Of a stretch of DNA of 64,000 nucleotides, positions 17,265 to 27,100 are shown in pieces. The stretch is from positions 1 to 64,000 of IMG/VR virus record IMGVR_UViG_643348562_000001; one strand, 5' to 3'. The translations under genes and the position numbers were made by a program. How positions within the stretch are numbered: position 1 is the first letter of the stretch; each line of letters opens with the position of its first letter. The notes under the pieces are model-generated. The model ran no database searches. It was not told the origin of the DNA and saw only the letters and a list, made by a program, of their open reading frames with translations. The stretch is from a virus (taxonomy: Duplodnaviria > Caudoviricetes).

Positions 17265-19029
17265 GCAGTCGTATTGGATTGAACGTGAGAAAGATAACCT
17301 CACAACAGAATTAATGAAAGACGAGCAGGTATCTAATGAAGTGAAACGCATACTAGAGAACGCTATGAATATGTGTAGGAAAGAAATCGAATCGTACTAT
17401 ACACGTTTTGCTGATAAAGAAGGTATTACAGTTAGTGAAGCTAAGAAGTTAGTAAGCGAGTATGACGTTACTGAGTATGAAACATTGGCTAGACAATATG
17501 TTAAAGATAAAGATTTTTCTGATGAAGCGAATAAGCGATTACGACTGTATAACGTTTCTATGAGAGTGAACCGTGAAGAATTACTGCTCGCAACGTTGAA
17601 TACGCATCTGATTGCTGCAACGAATGATGTACATCATAAAGTAGATGAGTATTTACAAGATGGTGCTATGCGTGAACTAAAACGTCAAGCTGGATTGCTA
17701 GGAAATATCAGTGTAAAGCAAAGTGATATTGATTCAATCATCAACGCTTCATACTATGATGCGACATGGTCAAAGAGATTATGGAGTAACATGGACGAAG
17801 TTAGAAAGATAGTAGATGAAACTGCAATAAGTACAGTCTTAAAAGGCAGACATCCTAAAGAATCTGTTAAACGATTACGTGAATTAACAGGTAGAAGTGA
17901 CTATGAAGCTAGACGATTACTTATAACAGAAGTGTCACGAGTACAGATTGAAGCAAAGCGATTAAGTTTTAAAGATCTAGGAGTTATTAAATATAAGTAT
18001 CTTGCAGTTTTAGATAACAGAACTACACATACCTGCAGAAGTCTTAACGATAAAGTATTCGATGTATCAGACATGAAGCCAGGTATCAACGCACCTCCGA
18101 TGCATGCGTTCTGTAGAAGTACAATTATTCCATATAGTCGCAAAGAAGAGAGCGATTGGGATGAAGAAGATGGCGATTTATACATCGATGACGAGCAGAT
18201 AGAACGTGAAGCAGATACGGAGAATGATGCTGTGATGGCAGATATTGATGATATCATCGAACGTTTAGATCAGTTAGACATACAAGAAGTTAAAAGGGCG
18301 GTAAAAAAAGTTGAAAACAGCCAACCCCCTCATCTAACGGACAATTATAACAGAGCGTTAAATGACGAAGAGCAACAGAACGTATTAGAACAGTTAAATA
18401 AAGCTGACAGACGTGCTGTACAATTGTTTAATCAGTATGCCGACGTAAAGATAAAGAAAGATAATAATACTTACTATGATTTCGATAGCAACACTATTCA
18501 CATTGAAGAGGATTATATGGACTTTGGTGTTGAAGGTAGCCACGAAACAGAATACGCTAGACCGTTTTTTCATGAGGTTGGACATGCGATAGACAGTAAC
18601 TATGCGAATAGTACAGGTATGGGTAAACTTTTTGCGGCAAGTCTACTAATGCATAATAAAGATAACGAAGATATTAGTGATATTGCTAAAAAAGAATGGC
18701 AGAATTTGATAAAGCGAACAATGAAGCAGCATCATGTAGACGAGGGAAAAGCTATGGACATAATCGCTAAGAAGATTACAAACAGAAAACAATCTGATTG
18801 GATAGCCTTATCTTCGATAGTAGAAGGCATAACTGAAGGTGGATATCATTTTGGATATGGTCATGGTCCAGGTTATTGGGAAGATTATTCTTCGCTTACA
18901 ACCGAAATATTCGCAGAATTATACAGCTTGCTAGTCACTAACCTAAAGGCATATAAGTATATCGCTACTGTATTCCCTGAAACAGTTTCAATGTTCGAAC
19001 AGATTATTAATTACATGTTAGAAGAATAG
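17245..19029 (+). CDS. MuF/SPP1 gp7-like minor head protein with C-terminal HExxH metallopeptidase-like extension
   Basis: YLAVLDNRTTHTCRSLN..PPMHAFCRS; then FFHEVGHAID..GHGPGYW..EIFAE. Confidence 0.85.
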   Translation: MPKKNNKQSYWIEREKDNLTTELMKDEQVSNEVKRILENAMNMCRKEIESYYTRFADKEGITVSEAKKLVSEYDVTEYETLARQYVKDKDFSDEANKRLRLYNVSMRVNREELLLATLNTHLIAATNDVHHKVDEYLQDGAMRELKRQAGLLGNISVKQSDIDSIINASYYDATWSKRLWSNMDEVRKIVDETAISTVLKGRHPKESVKRLRELTGRSDYEARRLLITEVSRVQIEAKRLSFKDLGVIKYKYLAVLDNRTTHTCRSLNDKVFDVSDMKPGINAPPMHAFCRSTIIPYSRKEESDWDEEDGDLYIDDEQIEREADTENDAVMADIDDIIERLDQLDIQEVKRAVKKVENSQPPHLTDNYNRALNDEEQQNVLEQLNKADRRAVQLFNQYADVKIKKDNNTYYDFDSNTIHIEEDYMDFGVEGSHETEYARPFFHEVGHAIDSNYANSTGMGKLFAASLLMHNKDNEDISDIAKKEWQNLIKRTMKQHHVDEGKAMDIIAKKITNRKQSDWIALSSIVEGITEGGYHFGYGHGPGYWEDYSSLTTEIFAELYSLLVTNLKAYKYIATVFPETVSMFEQIINYMLEE

Positions 19030-19089
19030 CTGACAATCGAGAGATTGACGATAATTAGAGTAGAAGCATATTAGAAAGGTGTGGGAGAT

Positions 19090-19443
19090 ATGACGGAGGG
19101 AAGAACAATACAAAGTACAGTTACATTAAATATTAGTGAATACAACCAGATTTATTTAAAAGCTATTCAACACGATGATTTAAAAGTTGGAAACGAAAAA
19201 CTAAAAGAAGAATTGGCGCTTGCACATAAACAGTTAGAAGAATTGCAGCAACCCGAAGAGAAGGCGCCGACTTGTGAAGTTGGAATGGGTAATATGAAAA
19301 TTGTAGGATCATCGGAAGAGTTCAAAAAGAAGTTGAGAGCAAAGTATCTTGATTTAGATTGTAAAAATTCTCCTTACATTGCGATAATTGATGGGGAAAA
19401 ATTGAGAGGAACAATAATAAGTAATTTAGAAGATAGCGAATAA
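19090..19443 (+). CDS. Hypothetical protein between duplicated terminator-like repeats
   Basis: ORF track 19081..19443, ATG 19090. Confidence 0.6.
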   Translation: MTEGRTIQSTVTLNISEYNQIYLKAIQHDDLKVGNEKLKEELALAHKQLEELQQPEEKAPTCEVGMGNMKIVGSSEEFKKKLRAKYLDLDCKNSPYIAIIDGEKLRGTIISNLEDSE

Positions 19444-19454
19444 AAGAATTACTT

Positions 19455-19490
19455 AACCGACAGTCGAGGAGAGATTGACGGTTATTTTTT
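19455..19490 (+). terminator. Intrinsic terminator
   Basis: AACCGACAGTC...GATTGACGGTT then ATTTTTT. Confidence 0.6.
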
Positions 19491-19492
19491 AT

Positions 19493-19564
19493 GTCCAAAC
19501 CATGCTTAAGACAATAAAAGGCGCAAGTGATCATAAGTCCAAACCATGCAACGACTATAAACTT
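19493..19564 (+). repeat. Two copies of GTCCAAACCATGC..GAC.ATAAA in scaffold leader
   Basis: 19493-19520 and 19537-19564. Confidence 0.75.
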
Positions 19565-19592
19565 ATCAAGAGAAAATAAGCGAGGTGCAAAA

Positions 19593-20192
19593 ATGATTAA
19601 TGACAACATGTTGAAATTAAATATCCAATTCTTTTCTGAAGATGAAACTACTGAAGAAACTATTGAGAATGGTCAGGAAAATACTGAGACAGAAGAGAAA
19701 GTTAAGACTTACACAGAAGATGAGTTTAACGAGAGGTTACAAAACGAGTTAACTCGCAGACTAAAGCAAAAAGATAAAGAGCGTGAAGAAGCGATTAAAG
19801 AAGCTGAAAAACTCGCAAAGATGAACGCTCAGCAAAAGCAAGAATATGAAATCGAAAAAATGAAACGTGAACTTGAAGATTACAAGCAGCGTGAAGCGTT
19901 AAACGATATGCGTAAAGAGGCAAATAACATGCTAGCCGAACGAAATATCAATGTAAAAGACGATGTACTAGATTTTATCGTTAAGACGACAGCCGAGGAA
20001 ACTCAGAAGAATGTTGAAGCGTTCGCTGAAGCATTTAATGATGCAGTCAATAGTAAGTTGCAAGAAACGTTAAGACAGAAGTCGCCTAAAAACCTGACGG
20101 CCACTGGATTAACAAAAGCAGATATCTTAGCGATTGAAGATGATCAGCAACGACAAAATGCAATCGCACAAAATAGACACCTTTTTAGGTAA
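19593..20192 (+). CDS. Capsid scaffold protein (DUF4355-like)
   Basis: LKLNIQFFSE N-terminus, coiled coil, LAKMNAQQKQEYE; GAGGTG RBS. Confidence 0.88.
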   Translation: MINDNMLKLNIQFFSEDETTEETIENGQENTETEEKVKTYTEDEFNERLQNELTRRLKQKDKEREEAIKEAEKLAKMNAQQKQEYEIEKMKRELEDYKQREALNDMRKEANNMLAERNINVKDDVLDFIVKTTAEETQKNVEAFAEAFNDAVNSKLQETLRQKSPKNLTATGLTKADILAIEDDQQRQNAIAQNRHLFR

Positions 20193-20207
20193 CAGGAGGA
20201 TTTATAT

Positions 20208-21119
20208 ATGACAGTAGAAAATAATTTAGTTGATGTAAAAGCATTAGGAGAAGCGAAATCTATCGACTTTGCTAATAAATTAGGAGTAGGCCTTGATAAG
20301 TTATTTCAAGCGCTAAACGTAACGAATAAAATTCCGATGAACGTTGGTTCGGTGTTGAAACAGTATGCGTTCACTGTAGTTGATTCAACAGCGCCAAACG
20401 GTGTTGTGGCTGAGGGAGAAGAGATTCCTTTAACTAAAGTTGAACGTAAGCAAGTAGGGATTACAGAACTTACTTTCAAAAAATACGCTAAAGCAACATC
20501 TGCTGAAGCTATTCATGCACATGGTTACGACTTAGCAATCAATCGTACTGATCGTGAATTAATTCGTTATACTCAAAAGAAATTCCGCGCTGACTTCTTC
20601 TCAACTCTAAAAGCAGCAATCGAAAATGAATCACGCACAAACGATATCAAAGCATTGACAGCAGAAAATTTACAAGGTGCATTATCAAAAGGACGTGCGA
20701 ATCTTTCAGTGCTACTTGATGATGAAGTAACACCTATGGCATTCGTAAACCCAAATGACACAGCAGAACATATGGCAAAAGGTTTAATCAACTCTAACGG
20801 CGCACAATTTGGCATGAACTTACTTACTGATTATGTAGGTGTTAAAGTAATTGAATTTGCTGATGTACCAAAAGGCGAAGTATGGATGACAGTATCTGAG
20901 AACTTAAATGCAGCATATGCTAATCCACGCGGAGAGTTATCACGTGCATTCGACTTTGCTACTGATGAAACAGGTTTCGTTGGTGTATTACATGATATTA
21001 ATTCACGTCGATTAACATCTGAAACAGTTTTAACACATGCAGTAACGTTATTCCCTGAAAACGTTGATGCAGTAATCAAAGTAACAATTAAGCCTGCTGT
21101 AGCTGGTGTGGGAGTATAA
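20208..21119 (+). CDS. Major capsid protein
   Basis: Position after scaffold; ELTFKKYAKATSAEAI..GYDLAIN..TLFPENVDAV. Confidence 0.85.
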   Translation: MTVENNLVDVKALGEAKSIDFANKLGVGLDKLFQALNVTNKIPMNVGSVLKQYAFTVVDSTAPNGVVAEGEEIPLTKVERKQVGITELTFKKYAKATSAEAIHAHGYDLAINRTDRELIRYTQKKFRADFFSTLKAAIENESRTNDIKALTAENLQGALSKGRANLSVLLDDEVTPMAFVNPNDTAEHMAKGLINSNGAQFGMNLLTDYVGVKVIEFADVPKGEVWMTVSENLNAAYANPRGELSRAFDFATDETGFVGVLHDINSRRLTSETVLTHAVTLFPENVDAVIKVTIKPAVAGVGV

Positions 21120-21164
21120 GAGTGGTTTAGTTGCTACTCTATTTTATTATAAGGTGGTGGTTAT

Positions 21165-21431
21165 ATGTTAGGAAAGCCGATTGTTAATTTTACTGATTTA
21201 GTAGAAAATAAGCATTATACGATTGATGATATCTATCATACTAATGATGAGAAACGTTATGGCGCGTTATCAAGCGATGATAATAATAATGGTGCGCCTG
21301 TTATTAAAGCATTAACATTAAGTGAATTAAAAAGTATCGCTCAAAAACATCAGATTAATGTACCTGCTAAAACAAAACGTGATGATCTAGAGAAGTTGAT
21401 TGAAGGTGAAATTTATGCAGACGTTGAGTAA
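21165..21431 (+). CDS. Small head-associated protein with HeH/Rho-N-like tail
   Basis: LTLSELKSIAQKHQINV..KRDDLEKLI. Confidence 0.65.
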   Translation: MLGKPIVNFTDLVENKHYTIDDIYHTNDEKRYGALSSDDNNNGAPVIKALTLSELKSIAQKHQINVPAKTKRDDLEKLIEGEIYADVE

Positions 21432-21738
21432 TGTAAAACTGCAGATTGGTATCGAAGATGATAAACAAGACGACTTACTTAAGCTCATCATATCGAATGT
21501 TGAGAAAGCAATGTTAGGTTATTTACCAGGCATTTTAGAAGTACCTGTAGAACTCAGTTATATTGTCGAAGAAGTATCTGTAGCACGTTATTACAGACGT
21601 GGCAGTGAGGGAATGAAATCTAAAACAATTGAAGGTTTTTCCGTATCATATGATAACGAGTTTGATGCTTATCATCACATATTTGAACGCTATCAACCTA
21701 CTAATGAAGCTACTCGTGGTTCGGTGGTGTTTTTTTAA
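21415..21738 (+). CDS. Head-tail connector (gp15-like)
   Basis: VKLQIGI..DDLLKLII..ELSYIVEEVSVARYYRRGSEGMKS. Confidence 0.88.
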   Translation: MQTLSNVKLQIGIEDDKQDDLLKLIISNVEKAMLGYLPGILEVPVELSYIVEEVSVARYYRRGSEGMKSKTIEGFSVSYDNEFDAYHHIFERYQPTNEATRGSVVFF

Positions 21739-22040
21739 TGGATAAACATCGTGTTAAATTATACGCTCAAAAATCGGAGTACGACACACGCCTGAGTAAG
21801 ACAGTAAATAAACTGAGTTTGATTACAGATACAACTTGCTTTGTCACAGGAATTTCTAACAAGAGACAACTTGAAACTTTCGGGAATCTTACAAGTGCAG
21901 ATACGACAATAAGATTGCTCAATAAAGATGTGATAGGGGTTACACACGCATCTATTAAAGATGAAAAATATAAGATAACTAAAGTCACATCTTATGACAA
22001 TGATGTCATCATATACGCTTTAAAGGTGCAATCATGGTGA
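21738..22040 (+). CDS. Head closure/stopper protein
   Basis: Synteny and size. Confidence 0.7.
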   Translation: MDKHRVKLYAQKSEYDTRLSKTVNKLSLITDTTCFVTGISNKRQLETFGNLTSADTTIRLLNKDVIGVTHASIKDEKYKITKVTSYDNDVIIYALKVQSW

Positions 22041-22378
22041 AGTGGAAAGGTCTAAGTCGAATGAAGAGAGACCTAAAAAATCATAGTCGGAACTCTGACA
22101 GGAAGTTAGATGATGCTATTTCAGAAATTGGGATAATGCTTGAGCGTGAAGTAACGAGTAATGCAGTATTTACCAAAGGCTACACTACAGGTAACTTAAG
22201 ACGAATGATAAATTATTCGAAAACAGAATTTGCTAAAGGTACGCTTTCGTCACCTGCGCATTATTCAGGGTTCGTTGAGAAAGGTACGCGTTATATGGAC
22301 GCACAACCTTTCTTTTTTATATCAATTTACAAAAATCAACTGGAAGTAATGAACATACTAGAAGAAAAAACGAGGTGA
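22034..22378 (+). CDS. HK97 gp10-like tail component
   Basis: TGNLRRMI..AHYSGFVEKGTRYMDAQPF. Confidence 0.88.
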   Translation: MVKWKGLSRMKRDLKNHSRNSDRKLDDAISEIGIMLEREVTSNAVFTKGYTTGNLRRMINYSKTEFAKGTLSSPAHYSGFVEKGTRYMDAQPFFFISIYKNQLEVMNILEEKTR

Positions 22379-22382
22379 TTAG

Positions 22383-22766
22383 ATGAAGTCGCCGCGTCAA
22401 CAATTATACGACGAAGTATTCTCATCTATTTCGATGTTAGGTTATCAAGTATACGATTTATTGCCTATGAGCGAAGTACCTTATCCGTTTATCGTGCTTA
22501 AACACAGCCTGACGGACTATAGGAGCACACAAAAATTGAATAGGGATATGATAGTGACGCTCAATGTAGATACATGGCATTTAGCTGAAGATAGAGGTCT
22601 ACATGACAAGACAATGTTTCAAATCGAACAGTTACTTATAGACTTTCAATTGAGTGATACCTATGGATTGAAGGTAAAGAGAATCAACGTGACAGAAGTA
22701 ACAGACAGAACGACTAACGATGAATTATTACATGGTTCAATAGAAGTAACATATCAAATAAATTAA
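22383..22766 (+). CDS. Tail terminator
   Basis: VYDLLPMSEVPYPFIV; synteny. Confidence 0.75.
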   Translation: MKSPRQQLYDEVFSSISMLGYQVYDLLPMSEVPYPFIVLKHSLTDYRSTQKLNRDMIVTLNVDTWHLAEDRGLHDKTMFQIEQLLIDFQLSDTYGLKVKRINVTEVTDRTTNDELLHGSIEVTYQIN

Positions 22767-22777
22767 GGAGTGATCAT

Positions 22778-23332
22778 ATGCAAATTGCAGATGGTGTATC
22801 AAAAGTATTATATTTTAGAAAATTAGGTGACAAGACAGCAGCAACTTTAGTTTTACAGCAAGAACATTCAAAATCATATAAACGAGAACGTGATGCAGTT
22901 ATTACAAAGGCAGGTAAAGTCTTTAAAAAAGGCGAGCTAGAAGATGAGATTTCTATCAAAGCATTACAATCTACTAAAGATGATGCTTATAAGATGTTAG
23001 AAAAATCTATTGTAGACGGTGATGCTATCGAGGTGTGGGAAGTAGACCTTTCAAAAAAATCATCTGATTCTGAAACTGAAGGTAAATTCCAAGCAGAATA
23101 TCGTCAAGGCTATTTAACTGAATGGGAAGCAACTTCTCCGTCTGAAGATGACCCTACTGTAGAAGGTACGTTCGTTACATTTGGCACGCGTCAAATCGGA
23201 TTAGTAACTGTTCCTGAAGAAGATTTGAAAAATGGTGGAGTTTTAGGCTATGCATTCCACGATATGATTGCATCAGATATTCCTAAAGATGGTTTAGCTA
23301 CATTACCATCTGAGCCAAGCGTCGGAGTGTAA
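22778..23332 (+). CDS. Major tail protein (TP901-1-like)
   Basis: GVSKVLYFRKLG..QQEHS..EVWEVDL..QGYLTEWE. Confidence 0.88.
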   Translation: MQIADGVSKVLYFRKLGDKTAATLVLQQEHSKSYKRERDAVITKAGKVFKKGELEDEISIKALQSTKDDAYKMLEKSIVDGDAIEVWEVDLSKKSSDSETEGKFQAEYRQGYLTEWEATSPSEDDPTVEGTFVTFGTRQIGLVTVPEEDLKNGGVLGYAFHDMIASDIPKDGLATLPSEPSVGV

Positions 23333-23335
23333 TAT

Positions 23336-23363
23336 ATGAGGGAGTAAATCTCCCTCTTTTTTT
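23336..23363 (+). terminator. Intrinsic terminator after major tail gene
   Basis: GAGGGAG-taaat-CTCCCTC followed by T run. Confidence 0.75.
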
Positions 23364-23397
23364 ATATAAAAAATTAACTAAAAAAGGTGGAAATATA

Positions 23398-23775
23398 ATG
23401 TTAACAATTAATACAAATGGTAAAGTATTAGAATTAAAATTTGGTTTAGGTGAATTAAATGCAGTAGATAAAGCACTAGGACTAGAAATAGAGAAAATCA
23501 ACTTAGGTGAAGGCTTTGAAATGTTAGTGCCAAAATTACAAACGGCAAATCCACTAGCATTAGCAAAGATTATTCCAGCATTGACGCTAAATCAACCAGG
23601 GCGACCAAAGACAGAAGACGAAGTACTAGAAGTACTTAAAGCTGTTAAAGAACAGTTCGGCTCATTACAAGCATTCTGTGATGCAGTACTAAATGAAATG
23701 AAACATCATTTTTTGACCCAAGATCTAGTAAAAGACATCGAAGTGACAGTGCCGACACAAACAACAGTACAGTAG
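23398..23775 (+). CDS. Tail assembly chaperone (gpG-like)
   Basis: LELKFGLGELNAVDK; between MTP and TMP. Confidence 0.8.
   Translation: MLTINTNGKVLELKFGLGELNAVDKALGLEIEKINLGEGFEMLVPKLQTANPLALAKIIPALTLNQPGRPKTEDEVLEVLKAVKEQFGSLQAFCDAVLNEMKHHFLTQDLVKDIEVTVPTQTTVQ
23709..23715 (+). other. Putative -1 programmed frameshift site T TTT TTG
   Basis: -1 frame is open from 23697 into ORF 23793..24140. Confidence 0.7.
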
Positions 23776-23792
23776 TTACTTATTGGGACATC

Positions 23793-24140
23793 GTGATTAA
23801 AAGTATGGCGAACTTTGGTAAGCAGTCTATCGATGAAGTCAATCGAATGACCTTAACAGAGTTCTACTGCTTATCACATGCTAAGAATGAACGCGACTTA
23901 TACGATGAGTATCGTATGCATAAAGTTGCATATCTACAACGTGAAGCACAAGCTCAGATAGAAAAAGGTGCTGGAAAGAACAAGCGTACTGAATATGCAT
24001 ATAAATCATTTAAAGATTTCTTTGATTATGAAAAGGCTGAAAGACAGTTGTGTGATTTCCACGATGATGTCGAGAAGAAAACGAATGGTCCATCAAAGAA
24101 AAAAATAGCAGACATGTTAGCAGAAAGAAATAAAAAGTAA
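23793..24140 (+). CDS. Tail assembly chaperone C-terminal part (gpT-like)
   Basis: No clear RBS; RMTLTEFY motif; reachable by -1 shift. Confidence 0.75.
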   Translation: MIKSMANFGKQSIDEVNRMTLTEFYCLSHAKNERDLYDEYRMHKVAYLQREAQAQIEKGAGKNKRTEYAYKSFKDFFDYEKAERQLCDFHDDVEKKTNGPSKKKIADMLAERNKK

Positions 24141-24154
24141 AGTGAGGTGATGGA

Positions 24155-27100
24155 ATGTCAGATATAAAAGATAGTTATACGTTAGAAGCCTTGCTTACAG
24201 GCGATAACAGTCGCTTAAAGCGTGTTATTGATCAAGCGGTCGTGATGTTAGAAAAACTTGAAAATAAAAAGGTTGACGATATTGAAATTGATGGTGATGT
24301 GAAGCCTTTACAAAAAAAAGTTGAGAGCGCTAAACGACTTACTGAAATGCTAGACGGCAAACGAGCACAAATTGAAATTATCGCTAGAAACGCTGAAGCA
24401 ATAAAGAATCTACGTCAAGTCAGACTGAGTGCAAAACAATTATCTAAAGAACGTCCGAAAGTCGATGTAGATGTTCAGACAGGTGCAGCAAATGCGAATA
24501 TCAAACGTTTCAAAGCTATGCTTAAATCCATTCCAAACAAAGTACGTACTCGAGTTGATGTGGATTATGACAGAAACGTATTCAAAAGAATCACATCGGG
24601 TTGGAGACAGATTCAGAATGCGAATAATAAATTTGGCGATGATATGGACCAACTAGCGAATAGTATTCGTGCTTTTGGTACTGTCAGTGCAAATATGATA
24701 AAAGGTTCGCTAGTGAGTTCTTTTACTGCTTTGATACCTATTGTTGCAGCACTTGTCCCAGCAATTATGGCAGTGGGTAACGCTATAGCAGTAGTTGGTG
24801 GTGGCGCTTTAGGATTAGCAGGAGCGTTTGCAGTTGCAGGTGGTGGCGTAGCTTCATTTGGCGCTTTGGCAATATCAGCGTATAAGATGTATAAAGATGG
24901 CGCAATTCAAGCGAGTGATGCAACGCAGAAATTTGAAAGTTCGTTAAGTTCGTTCAAATCAGAATGGGAAAGCCTGGCGCAGAAGAATGCTGACAGTATT
25001 TTCTCAACGATGGCGAATGGTATTAATATTGCTAAAACAGCACTTACAGGTCTTACACCGTTTATTACAGGTGTCACAAAAAGCATAGAAGGATTATCTG
25101 CAAGTGTGCTTAAATGGTCACAGACAAGTGCTGTAGCGAAGAGTTTTTTTGATGTGATGAAAACGTCAGGTGTAACTGTATTTCAGGATATCATGAGTGC
25201 TGCAGGAAAATTTGGTAGTGGATTAATATCTTTATTTACTAGCTTTATGCCTTTATTCGAATGGGTGGCTAAAGGTTTCTCAAATATGGGCACTCAATTC
25301 AATAACTGGTCTCAGAAAGTAAGTACAGCTGAAGGTATTAAGAATTTTATTGCTTTCGTGCAGGAAAGCTTACCTAAAATAGGTCAGATTTTCGGCAACG
25401 TATTTGAAGGTATCTTTAATCTATTCAAAGCCTTCGCACCTAATTCACAGACCTTATTCGATTCATTGGTGCAGATGAGTACAAAATTTGCAGAATGGAG
25501 CGCCACGATAGCAGCATCAGATGGATTCCAGAAGTTTATCGAGTATGTGCAGACGAATGGCCCGACGATTATGAGTTTAATCGGTAGTATCGTTATGGCA
25601 GTAGTCAACTTTGGTATTGCAGTTGCGCCTTTGGGACAGGTGGTGTTGCAATTAGTCACTGCATTTGCTCAATGGTTAAGTACACTATTTCAAACGAATC
25701 CTGTTGTAGCACAAATTGTAGGTGCTTTAATTAGTTTGATCGGTGTTGCAATGGCAACTATTCCGACAATTTTAGGGATATATGATGCGTTGCAGCCTTT
25801 AATAATGAAGTTTATTGAATTTAAAGGTGAGTCCACTTTACTCCAAGGAGCTCTGAGGTTGTTAGGTAGTGCTTTCACTGCACTTTCAGGACCTGTATTA
25901 GCAATTATAGGTGTTTTTGTAGCTATAGGTATGGCTATCGTAGGATTATGGCAATCTAACGAACAATTTAGAAGTAACGTATCTATTATATGGCAAAATA
26001 TACAGACAATTATAAGCGCAGTAGGTCAAGTTATTATGAATATCTTCGGACTAATTGTTTCTTCTTTAGGCATTTTATCACAAGCATTTATGCCTGTGAT
26101 CTCTGGTATTGTATCATTAGTGGCAACTATTACGACATGGATAGCATCATTTATAGAAGCGAATCAATGGATTATTACAGTTGTTAGCGTTATTGCAGGC
26201 CTGGTCGTTGCTTTTTTTGCAGTACAAAGTGCAATAGCTTTAGTAACGACAATTGTAGGAGTTTTAACTACAGCATTAGGAATATTAGGTACTATAATAT
26301 CGGTTGTTGCTGGTGTTTTCGCATTTTTGTTAACGCCTGTTGGATTAGTGGTGGCTGCGATTGGTTTAGTGATTGCTGCTGTCGTTATCTGTTATCAAAA
26401 ATTCGAAGCCTTCAGGAATTTCTTGGCGCCATTAGTAGATTTCTTTATTGGAATCGGTGAGGGTATCAAGCAAGGTTTAGGAAGTGCTTTGGATTGGATT
26501 TCTGAAAAATTAGGAATGACAGCAACAAAAACTGAGGAAGCAACTGGTAGGATGGCGAATGCCACTAATATTAATACTGCTAAGATGGCTAGTGATGTTA
26601 CTTCAAATAGTGCTTTGATGACTAGTGGCTTTGATGTGAATATGAATAGAATGAGTATGATTAACGATTCTCAATGGGCAATGATTAATGGGACTGCCAC
26701 TTCTCAATCAGGTGCAATGCAAGCTGCTGTATTAGGTAGTGTAGGTGGCATGTCTGCTCAAACAACTGGATTACTTGCAGGAATGTCAGGTAGTGCACAG
26801 GCAGAATTTGCGAGTTTATACAGTGCTGGTTCAGGTCAAGCTAGTAGTTTAAATGCTGATGTACTATCCTCACTTGGCGGAATGAGTAGTCAAGGTGTTG
26901 GTGATATCGCTAGTATGACATCAGGAATAAACTCTGAGTTCCAAAATATGAGTAGCACTTCGAGCTCAGCTACTTCTAATATGAGTAGTAATGTTCAATC
27001 GAATATGAATTCTATGAGGTCGTCATTCACTTCAGGAGCTAGTGGTATTGCTCAAGCATGGGCGAGTGCAATGCAGAGAATTACTTCAATTACTTCAAGT

